Translations under genes and position numbers: made by a program | Shown here: one piece after another, positions 29,724 to 37,813 of the stretch | How the letters are laid out: each line of letters opens with the position of its first letter | Position numbering within the stretch: the first letter of the stretch is position 1 | Assembly: GCA_964605525.1 (NCBI GenBank) | Contig: CAZSCV010000002.1 | Coordinates: 69,888-133,887 of the forward strand | DNA length: 64,000 bases | From: an uncultured Bdellovibrionales bacterium | Lineage (GTDB): Bacteria > Patescibacteriota > Minisyncoccia > Moranbacterales > UBA9337 | Reading direction: 5' to 3' | Notes under the pieces: model-generated | What the model saw: the letters and a program-made list of their open reading frames with translations, nothing else | What the model was told of the DNA's origin: nothing | Database searches by the model: none

Positions 29724-30125
29724 ATGGCAGATATTTTTTCAAAAAATAAAAGATCCGACATAATGTCCAAAATCAAAAGTAAGGAAACGGGAATTGAAAT
29801 AAAACTGAGAAAAGAACTGTGGAAGGCGGGCTACAGATATCGGAAAAATGTATCAGGCTATTTCGGAAAGCCTGATATTTTATTAAAAAAATACAAGACG
29901 GTTATTTTCGTTGATTCCTGTTTTTGGCACGGATGTAAAAAACACGGATCAATGCCTCAAACTCGCAAGAAATTTTGGAAAGAAAAAATCGAGCGAAACA
30001 AAGAACGAGACAAAGAGGTTAATAAGTATTACAAAAAAATAGGCTGGAAGGTTATCAGAATTTGGGAGCATGATATAATAAATGGCTCATGGATAAAAGG
30101 GGTCAGGCACTTTTTTGAGAAATAA
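29724..30125 (+). CDS. vsr: Very-short-patch repair endonuclease
   Basis: MADIFS...RS.IMS.I.SK.T..E, GKPDI, VIFVDSCFWHGC, W.VIRIWEH. Confidence 0.95.
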   Translation: MADIFSKNKRSDIMSKIKSKETGIEIKLRKELWKAGYRYRKNVSGYFGKPDILLKKYKTVIFVDSCFWHGCKKHGSMPQTRKKFWKEKIERNKERDKEVNKYYKKIGWKVIRIWEHDIINGSWIKGVRHFFEK

Positions 30126-30337
30126 GATTAAAATAAAATTATGACACCAAAAAACAAAAAATTTTCCATTGCTCTTGCCGGCTGGCGCAAGGCTCTGAAT
30201 TGTCCGTAATTAATTCCTGAATTCCTGCCCGCCTCTGGAGGGAATTCAGTAATAAATAAAAATTAAAATAAATAAATAAAAAAAATATCCAAACTCATCA
30301 TTTACTCTTAATTATTTAATTTGGATTCTCAACTAAG

Positions 30338-30499
30338 ATGTCCCAACAAAAAATAAAAATCATCACTGTAAATGACAAGATGCAGTCAGGATACAAATAT
30401 AATCTGACTGAGTTGATGGGGAAGAATTTTGATCCGGCGTTCAAGCCGGAGCTGACTCCCAAGGAGATGCTGGCGCTGGAATTGTATTCAAAAGCGTGA
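30338..30499 (+). pseudogene. Truncated 5' fragment of a conserved hypothetical gene
   Basis: MSQQKIKIITVNDKMQSGYKY.L...MGKNFDPAFKPELTPKEMLAL, then an abrupt stop. Confidence 0.5.
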
Positions 30500-30534
30500 A
30501 AATGTGAGAATTTTAATGATTTTTCACGATTATG

Positions 30535-30562
30535 TTGACAAAAGCGTGAAAAAGAGTATAAT
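30535..30562 (+). promoter_or_regulatory. Promoter of fic gene with repeated operator-like motif
   Basis: TTGACA-16 bp-TATAAT; CAAAAGCGTGAAAA at 30489 and 30539, inverted TTTTCACG at 30521. Confidence 0.7.
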
Positions 30563-30570
30563 ATTAACAT

Positions 30571-31458
30571 ATGGTTAAAATACTAAATGTCTACAATAAA
30601 ATAAGTTTTCTGCGCGAGCGATACTATGAGGCATCTGCCGATAAAGATGCGCTTATTAAGCTTATTGCTGAAGCTGAAGTGGCTGAACAGGTGTATAACT
30701 CCAATGCCATCGAAAACAGCACTCTTTCACTTGAAGAAACGGAAAAAATACTTTTACAGATTGATCTGGATAGATATATTTCTGAGCGAGAAATTTTTGA
30801 AGCCAAAAATTTGGCACGAGTTGTGTCATACATTGATAAAAAATCTAAAGAGCAAGAACTCACTCTTGAGGTAATTTTGTCATTGCATAAAATGCTAATC
30901 TCCAATATTCGCGATGACATTGCTGGCAGATTCAGAAAAGATAATGAATTTGTGCGAGTTGGAAATCACATTGCGCCTAATCCAAAAGAAGTGGTTGAAC
31001 GATTAGAAAAAATGCTGGCTGAATATAATGCTTCAAGTCACGAAAATATTATAAAGCGTATTGCAAAACTGCATTTGACTTTTGAATATGCTCATCCATT
31101 TTGTGATGGCAATGGACGCATTGGGCGAGTTATTAATAATTATCTGTTAATGCGAGAGGGGTTCGTGCCGATAAATATAAAATTTATTGATCGCAAAAAA
31201 TATTATGAAGCGTTTCGAGAATTTGATGCAAATGGATCGACTGCTATTATGGAGGAAATAGTTGGCAAAGCTTTGACTAATAGTTATCATAAGCGGTTGG
31301 CATATTTGGAAGGCAAAAAAATAATTACCTTGGTTGAATATGCAAAAAACAATAAGCTTTCACATTCTAATATGATAAATAAGGCTAGTAGACAAACTAT
31401 TGAGGCTTTTTTGGAAAAGAATGTTTGGAAAATTGGGATCAATAATGATACAAAATAA
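30571..31458 (+). CDS. Fic family protein
   Basis: YNSNAIENSTL and canonical HPFCDGNGRIGR motif. Confidence 0.95.
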   Translation: MVKILNVYNKISFLRERYYEASADKDALIKLIAEAEVAEQVYNSNAIENSTLSLEETEKILLQIDLDRYISEREIFEAKNLARVVSYIDKKSKEQELTLEVILSLHKMLISNIRDDIAGRFRKDNEFVRVGNHIAPNPKEVVERLEKMLAEYNASSHENIIKRIAKLHLTFEYAHPFCDGNGRIGRVINNYLLMREGFVPINIKFIDRKKYYEAFREFDANGSTAIMEEIVGKALTNSYHKRLAYLEGKKIITLVEYAKNNKLSHSNMINKASRQTIEAFLEKNVWKIGINNDTK

Positions 31459-31554
31459 TATTTTATAAACGAATCAGAAACAAGAGCTGAATATATTGAT
31501 CCCAAGTTGAAAACCAGTGGCTAGGGAGAAGTTGAAGCTAAAAGGTATACTCAA

Positions 31555-31792
31555 TTCTGTGCTGATGTGATAAAATTCGAAATAGTTTGGTAGTGTCCCC
31601 GATAACATCTGCGTTGCAGACTGAAGGATGCTAGGGAATTGGCTCTGGTTTTCCCGGACACTAAAAACGCACGGTCCCCAGCGGTCATGGTCCACCGTAT
31701 AGGCCACGTTGCTGAAATATGGACTTGTTTACCGGGATTTGAGCAGGAATGCTATTTATTAAAGCTTCCTGATACTCAGATCCCGTTTTTTA
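31555..31792 (+). ncRNA. Candidate structured non-coding RNA (unassigned)
   Basis: GC-rich, no credible ORF; TATACT at 31546; multibranch stem TAGTGTCC/GGACACTA; terminal hairpin CGGGATTTGAG/CTCAGATCCCG plus T run. Confidence 0.4.
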
Positions 31793-31884
31793 TTTCATCA
31801 AAACCATCGCTCACTTCAATTTAATCTCAATCACATCCCAATTCTCCAATATATTAGTTCGAAGCGTGTACCCTAGTCCGTGCA
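31790..31884 (-). repeat. att-like repeat 4 (right end of array)
   Basis: Near-identical to 21242-21336; reads HGLGYTLRTNILENWDVIEIKLK*AMVLMK*. Confidence 0.85.
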
Positions 31885-32036
31885 AGTACTGAAAAATGCC
31901 TTTAAATTGGCATTTTCTGCGTTTTGTTTTAAACACATTCATTTGGGTGTGTTTTTGTTTTTGGGAGTGGGGGCGAGAAGAAAATAATCGTGATATAATA
32001 AGAATATTGAATAATAAGTGAGCGAGTATTTTTTGT

Positions 32037-32885
32037 ATGAAAATTTTTAAAAGTAAGGTTTGCAAAATGATGCTACTTGGCGCACTGGGATTGATAGTGA
32101 TTATTGGTTGGTATTTTCTGGACAAACCTCCTTTGCAGGGCGATTGGCAGGAGCAATTAGCGGTGGCATCAACTGCAGAATTCAATGGTGATTTCGTGAC
32201 TGTTAAAAATGTGCGAAATTTTCGATATTATCCAACTGAAGCTGATATGCATCCGGATTATTATGACAAAACCTATAATCTTACTCAAATAAAAAAAGTT
32301 TGGTACATAACTGAGCCGTTTAATGAAAACAAGATTGCCGCACACACATTTGTTTCTTTTGAATTCAATAATGGCGACTTTTTGTCTATCAGTATTGAAG
32401 CTCGCAAGGCTAAGGGTCAAACATATAGTACTTTGAAGGGTATGGTGCATTCCTATCCGCTTATATATATCGCGGCCGATGAAAGGGATGTTCTTTTAAT
32501 GCGGGCTAATCTGCGCAAAGATCAGGTCTATGTGTATCCGGTGAGGTTGGAAAAACAGGAGAATGCCAGATTGCTGTTGGTCGATATGCTAGGAAAAATG
32601 AATGAATTGACTTCGACTCATCCAGTCTGGTACAATACGCTTTTTGCCAACTGCACTTCCAGTATTGCTAGTCACATAAACAAGATTACTCCCGGACGCA
32701 TCTCTATTTTTTCTTGGCAACTCTGGTTAACCTCATCAGCAGATGAATTGGCCTTGGAACGTGGTCTTCTGGACACTGATTTGCCCATTGAGCAAGCTCG
32801 GGAAAAATATAATATAAATGCAATTTCCGAGAAAGTCGGCGACATGGAAAATTATTCGTCCGAGATCAGAAGGGGATTGAGGTAA
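32037..32885 (+). CDS. DUF4105 (Lnb N-terminal-like) domain protein
   Basis: VRNFRY, AHTFVSFEF, SIEARK, YIAADERD, YNTLFANCTS. Confidence 0.88.
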   Translation: MKIFKSKVCKMMLLGALGLIVIIGWYFLDKPPLQGDWQEQLAVASTAEFNGDFVTVKNVRNFRYYPTEADMHPDYYDKTYNLTQIKKVWYITEPFNENKIAAHTFVSFEFNNGDFLSISIEARKAKGQTYSTLKGMVHSYPLIYIAADERDVLLMRANLRKDQVYVYPVRLEKQENARLLLVDMLGKMNELTSTHPVWYNTLFANCTSSIASHINKITPGRISIFSWQLWLTSSADELALERGLLDTDLPIEQAREKYNINAISEKVGDMENYSSEIRRGLR

Positions 32886-32999
32886 AGATTAAAGGAATGT
32901 AGGAATCTGGAATTTTTTGTGATAATATTGAAATATTAAAATTAAAATAAAAAAAGAATTATTTATACTGGATTAACCCAAGAGCAAGCCACCGAGGCT

Positions 33000-35474
33000 T
33001 TGCAAAAAGACGGATTCAATGAGTTGCCTTCACAAAAAAAGCAGGGCGTTTTTGTGGTATTTTTGGAGGTGATAAAAGAGCCAATGTTGTTCATTTTGGT
33101 GATTGCCGGTTTTATTTATCTGGCAATGGGAGAATTGCAAGATGCTTTGATGCTTCTTTCTTTTATTGTAGTGGTTATCGGAATAACTTTTTATCAAAAG
33201 CATAAAACAGAGAAAACTCTGGATGCCTTGCGCAATCTTTCCAGCCCCAGAGCGTTGGTAATTCGAGATGGCAAGCAAATACGAATTCCCGGGCGGGAAG
33301 TTGTGCGTGGTGATATGATTATAATCCGTGAAGGCGACCGTATTCCCGCAGATGCCGTGATTTTAGATTGTGAAAATCTTTCTGTCGATGAATCGCTCCT
33401 GACCGGAGAATCTGTTTCTGTGCGAAAATCCGAGGGTAATAAAAAAATGGAATTCAAAAGACCAGGAGGAGATGATCTTCCTTTTGTATACTCCGGATCA
33501 TTAGTCGTGAGCGGACGGGGTGTTGCAGAAGTATTGCGCATCGGAATTGAAACCGAGATCGGCAAAATCGGAAAAAGCCTGGATTCAATAAAAAACGAGG
33601 AAACTAACTTAAACAAGGAAATATCCAGAGTTGCCAGCCGAATGGGAATTTTTGGAATTATTGTCTGTCTTATATTTATTCTTGTTTATTACATTGTTAA
33701 GGGCAATCTCTTGGAAGGATTTTTGGCCGGATTGGCACTGAGTATGTCAATGCTTCCGGAAGAATTTCCCGTAGTTTTGATAATATTTATGACATTGGGC
33801 GCTTGGAGAATTTCAAAAAAACAGGTTTTAACCCGGCGCGCATCGGCAATTGAAACTCTCGGCGCGGCGACCGTCCTTTGTACTGATAAAACCGGAACTT
33901 TGACAATGAATGAAATGCAATTATCTTCCCTGTATTCAAAAGGTGTTTTCCTTAAAATAACCAACGCTAAAAAAGATAATTTGCCGAATGAATTTTCAGA
34001 ATTGCTTGAGGTGGCACTGCTTTCAAGCCAACAAGATCCATTTGATCCCATTGAAAAAGAAATAAAAAGAACGTACGAAAAATATTTGACCAGCAAAAAA
34101 GAATCCTTAAGTGGAATGTTTTTAACAAAAGAATATTCGCTGTCGAAAGAATTGACTGCGGTGTCGCATGCTTGGAAAACAAGGGAGGAAGATTACCTGA
34201 TTGTTTCAAAGGGCTCTCCGGAGGCCATTTTGGAGCTGTGCCATACGGGCAGAGGAGAAAGGATGGAACTTCTGAAAACCATAAATGACATGTCAGCCAA
34301 GGGCTTGAGAGTCCTGGGAACCGCCAAGGCGATTTTTACCGAAAAAGAATTGCCAGCCAATCAGCATGATTTTAAATTTGAATTTACGGGGTTTTTGGGT
34401 TTTGTTGATCCGCCGCGAGATTCCGCTTCGCTGGCAATCAAAGAAGCATATCAGGCAGGTATGCGAGTAATAATGATAACCGGAGATTATCCCGGAACGG
34501 CACAATTTATCGCTAAAAAAATCGGCATCAAAAATCCGGAGCGGTTTATTACGGGAGATGAAATAAGTAGAATGAATCCGGATGAATTCAAAAAGAAAAT
34601 AATCGGGGTAAATATCTTTGCGCGTACTGCACCGGAACAAAAACTTCAAATTATCAGTGCGCTTAAGTCTAATAATGAAATCGTTGCCATGACGGGCGAC
34701 GGGGTCAATGATGCGCCGGCTCTCAAGGCTGCTGATATTGGAATTGCTATGGGAAAACGCGGAACCGATGTCGCGCGTGAAGCTTCCGCGCTTGTACTTT
34801 TGGATGATGATTTTTCTTCCATTGTCGATGCTGTCCGTTTGGGTCGCCGCATTTATGCCAACCTGAGAAAAGCTTCCGGATATATCTTGGCGGTTCATAT
34901 TCCTATTGCCGGAATCTCTCTTTTACCTTTGTTTTTTAATTTTCCTATAATTTTATTGCCGGCGCATATCGCTTTTTTGGAATTAATAATTGATCCAGCT
35001 TGTTCAACTGTTTTTGAGGCAGAAAAAGAATCTCCCAATACGATGCATAGGCCGCCCAGGAGCATCAGTGAATCTATTTTCAGCAGGAAAAATGTCATCC
35101 TGAGCCTAATGCAAGGTTTTGGAGTTTTGCTGGCTGCCTTGTTGTCTCTTTTTTATGCCATTAAGACAGGCAGGAGTGAAGAAGAAATCAGATCATTTGC
35201 TTTTGCTTCGCTTGTTTTGTCTAATATTATCTTAATAACTATTAATCTCTCTTGGCATAATAATATTCATAAAATTATTTTGTCCGGAAATAAAATTTTA
35301 TTTTTTGTTGCCGGCGGAGCAATAGCTTGCCTTTTGGCTGTTTTATACATACCTTTCTTTTCGAGATTATTCCATATGGCGCCAATTGGCACCGGAGAAT
35401 TTTTTCTTATCGGAATTGCTTCTATGATTAGTTTGTTTTGGTTTGAAATACTCAAGATTTTTGCAAGAAAATAG
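33000..35474 (+). CDS. Cation-translocating P-type ATPase (type II); true start probably about 32958
   Basis: DESLLTGES, PEEFP, DKTGTLT, KGSPE, MITGD, TGDGVNDAPALK. Confidence 0.95.
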   Translation: MQKDGFNELPSQKKQGVFVVFLEVIKEPMLFILVIAGFIYLAMGELQDALMLLSFIVVVIGITFYQKHKTEKTLDALRNLSSPRALVIRDGKQIRIPGREVVRGDMIIIREGDRIPADAVILDCENLSVDESLLTGESVSVRKSEGNKKMEFKRPGGDDLPFVYSGSLVVSGRGVAEVLRIGIETEIGKIGKSLDSIKNEETNLNKEISRVASRMGIFGIIVCLIFILVYYIVKGNLLEGFLAGLALSMSMLPEEFPVVLIIFMTLGAWRISKKQVLTRRASAIETLGAATVLCTDKTGTLTMNEMQLSSLYSKGVFLKITNAKKDNLPNEFSELLEVALLSSQQDPFDPIEKEIKRTYEKYLTSKKESLSGMFLTKEYSLSKELTAVSHAWKTREEDYLIVSKGSPEAILELCHTGRGERMELLKTINDMSAKGLRVLGTAKAIFTEKELPANQHDFKFEFTGFLGFVDPPRDSASLAIKEAYQAGMRVIMITGDYPGTAQFIAKKIGIKNPERFITGDEISRMNPDEFKKKIIGVNIFARTAPEQKLQIISALKSNNEIVAMTGDGVNDAPALKAADIGIAMGKRGTDVAREASALVLLDDDFSSIVDAVRLGRRIYANLRKASGYILAVHIPIAGISLLPLFFNFPIILLPAHIAFLELIIDPACSTVFEAEKESPNTMHRPPRSISESIFSRKNVILSLMQGFGVLLAALLSLFYAIKTGRSEEEIRSFAFASLVLSNIILITINLSWHNNIHKIILSGNKILFFVAGGAIACLLAVLYIPFFSRLFHMAPIGTGEFFLIGIASMISLFWFEILKIFARK

Positions 35475-35578
35475 CGTCGTTCTTGCCTTGTTTTGTGTTT
35501 TGGAATAAACTGAACGGGGTAGGTAAAAGTGGCAAAAAGCGCTTATTTATTATTTTTTTATACCAAGTGTTAAATTAT

Positions 35579-36646
35579 ATGGACATTAAGGAAGAGCTGA
35601 AAAAATTCAAAGATTTGTTGGATCCGAAAATTGAAATATATCTGGACAAAGCCGTCAAAGAGGCGGAAAAAGAAGATATCTTTATTGCCGATGCTTTGCG
35701 CTTTGTGAAAAAATATGTGCTTTCCGGAGGTAAAAGATTGCGCCCAGCACTCATGTATTATGGCTATTTGGCTGCTGGAGGAAAAGAAAGAGAAAAAGCT
35801 CTCAAGACCGCAGTAAGCATTGAACTGATTCATGCTTTTCTTCTTATTCATGATGATATTATCGATAAGGATGAGATGCGTCACGGAGTGGACACGGCGC
35901 ACTATCATTTTTCCAAATTAGGAAAGAAATATTTTCCCAAAAAAGATAGCGCGCATTTCGGCAATTCCATTGCGATTATTGTGGGGGATATGGTAGGAGC
36001 GATGGGAAATCAAATTATTTTCAATTCTGATTTCGACACAAAAAATATTATGCGGGCGCTGGACCGTTTGCAAGGAATTGTTTCAATGACGGTTATCGGG
36101 CAATCTCAAGATGTGTATATCGAATATGCGGGAAAGGCGAGTGAGAAAGAAATCTTGCAAATGTACAAAAATAAAACTGCCAAATATACCATCGAGGGTC
36201 CGCTTCATTTGGGAGCGATTTTGGGCGGAGCTGGCGATGAACTTTTGGAAAAAATCACCCGTTTTTCCATTCCAATCGGAATCGCTTTTCAAATTCAAGA
36301 TGATATTTTGGGAATTTTTGGATCAGAGAGGAAAATCGGAAAACCGGTTGGTTCAGATATTCAAGAAGGAAAACAAACAATTTTAGTGGCGCGCGCTTTG
36401 GAAATTGGAAAAGCTGATCAAAAAAAGGTTATCAAAAGTTTACTGGGGAAAGAGAAATTAACATCTAAAGATATTGATGAATTCCGTCGGGCGATTATTG
36501 CTTCTGGTGCATTGGAATATGCGCAAAAAACAGCTACTGATTTTATCAAGCAAGGAAAAAAAGAAATTGAGAGTGCGCAGATAAAAAGCGAAGCCAAAGA
36601 ATTTCTCTTAGGAATGGCTGATTATATGATGAGCAGGGATGTTTGA
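35579..36646 (+). CDS. Polyprenyl diphosphate synthase
   Basis: GGKRLRP, LIHDDIIDKD..R.G, KTAKYT, FQIQDDILG, GK.T; ATG 35579. Confidence 0.95.
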   Translation: MDIKEELKKFKDLLDPKIEIYLDKAVKEAEKEDIFIADALRFVKKYVLSGGKRLRPALMYYGYLAAGGKEREKALKTAVSIELIHAFLLIHDDIIDKDEMRHGVDTAHYHFSKLGKKYFPKKDSAHFGNSIAIIVGDMVGAMGNQIIFNSDFDTKNIMRALDRLQGIVSMTVIGQSQDVYIEYAGKASEKEILQMYKNKTAKYTIEGPLHLGAILGGAGDELLEKITRFSIPIGIAFQIQDDILGIFGSERKIGKPVGSDIQEGKQTILVARALEIGKADQKKVIKSLLGKEKLTSKDIDEFRRAIIASGALEYAQKTATDFIKQGKKEIESAQIKSEAKEFLLGMADYMMSRDV

Positions 36647-36664
36647 TGAAAAAATAATTCAAAT

Positions 36665-36694
36665 AAAAAACTCCCGGCGTGCCGGGAGTTTTTT
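36665..36694. terminator. Bidirectional terminator
   Basis: AAAAAACTCCCGGC-GT-GCCGGGAGTTTTTT. Confidence 0.9.
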
Positions 36695-36695
36695 A

Positions 36696-36863
36696 TTACT
36701 TGGAAATAGTTTTTATGCATTTGGCGCAAACTTTTCTCTTTTTTCCGTCAATTTTTTTTGACTGGACATTGATTTTGAATTTTCGATTGGAAGCAATATT
36801 TGAATGGCTTCGAGAATGACCGGTTTTAGTCCCGCGTCCGCAAACTTCACAAGTTCTACTCAT
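36696..36863 (-). CDS. rpmB: 50S ribosomal protein L28
   Basis: MSRTCEVCGRG...GHSRSHSNIASNRKFKINVQ...VCAKCIKT. Confidence 0.96.
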   Translation of the reverse strand: MSRTCEVCGRGTKTGHSRSHSNIASNRKFKINVQSKKIDGKKRKVCAKCIKTISK

Positions 36864-37046
36864 AATATCATATACCATGGAATATGGAGCATGGAACATT
36901 TGCATTATTGCTATGTGTTTCACGTTTCATATTTCACGAAATTGGGTTGCTTTATTACAGAAATTATCTTATCATAGTAAATGGGTTTTGGCAAGGAGAT
37001 TGTGTTTTTTTCAGAAAACCATAATTTATTAAAAGGGTAAAATAAT

Positions 37047-37748
37047 ATGTCTGGAGAAATTGTGCTAATTATTTTTCAAGTAGCTATTGTAATAATGTCA
37101 GTAGTTGTTCATGAAGTTTCCCACGGATTAGCAGCTTTTTATTTGGGCGATCCAACCGCAAAATATGCCGGGCGCCTCACTTTGAACCCTTTCCACCATT
37201 TGGATTTGTGGGGATCTGTCTTGGTACCTATTTTTATGATTTTTACGTTTGGTTTCGGTTTTGGATGGGCAAAACCGGTTCCATATAATCCGTACAATTT
37301 GAAAGACCAAAAAAAAGGTCCGGCATTGGTCGGATTGGCCGGTCCGCTTTCAAATATCATTCTGGCATTAGTTTTTGGACTAGCCGCCCGTTTCATTGCC
37401 ATCAACTATTTGGGGAAAATAGATATTCTTAATAACTTGCTCCAGGGGGATTATTCAAGTCTGGTTCTTGCGGTTTCAGGTTCTCTTTCTTCGATATTTT
37501 TCCTTTTGTTTACAATGATCGTGGTAATAAATGTTTTTTTGGCGTTTTTTAATCTTATTCCAATCCCTCCGCTGGACGGTTCCAAATTGCTTTTTTACCT
37601 TATTCCAATAAAAACAGAAACGAAAATAATGCTGGAGTCTTTCGGATTCGTTTTTCTTTTGGTTTTTATCTTCTTAGCGTCTCCGCTTTTGGGAAGATTC
37701 CTTTATGGAGCGTTGGATATCTTTTTTCATTATGTAGTGGGAATATAG
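37047..37748 (+). CDS. Site-2 protease (M50)
   Basis: HEVSHG, GDPTAK..GRLTLNP, FGWAKPVP, FNLIPIPPLDG. Confidence 0.95.
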   Translation: MSGEIVLIIFQVAIVIMSVVVHEVSHGLAAFYLGDPTAKYAGRLTLNPFHHLDLWGSVLVPIFMIFTFGFGFGWAKPVPYNPYNLKDQKKGPALVGLAGPLSNIILALVFGLAARFIAINYLGKIDILNNLLQGDYSSLVLAVSGSLSSIFFLLFTMIVVINVFLAFFNLIPIPPLDGSKLLFYLIPIKTETKIMLESFGFVFLLVFIFLASPLLGRFLYGALDIFFHYVVGI

Positions 37749-37813
37749 AACTAAGAAAAATTTCCATAAAAAAAATTGCATTTTATTTTAAAGAATAATG
37801 CAATTTTTTTTAG

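Larger units (their letters stand above)
20521..31884. mobile_element. Tandem array of four recombinase-less modules integrated at the tRNA-Trp 3' end
   Basis: GTGC(A) core at the tRNA end recurs at 21332, 23063, 23885 and 31880, each preceded by a related orphan coding tail and followed by a terminator hairpin. Confidence 0.75.

Noticed and set aside
30141-30209. C5-methyltransferase gene after vsr
   Set aside because: Only a 22-codon stub with weak resemblance (KKFSI..AG); too little to list as a feature.
31811-32185. 124-aa minus ORF as the missing recombinase
   Set aside because: Only its last about 24 codons are the att tail; the rest is antisense to the DUF4105 gene and intergenic DNA, with no recombinase motifs.
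36864-36940. Heptamer repeats upstream of rpmB (CATGGAA/TATGGAG; TTTCACG/TTTCATA) as a riboswitch or N-terminal extension
   Set aside because: No known aptamer; low-complexity imperfect hairpin; L28 homology starts at 36863.
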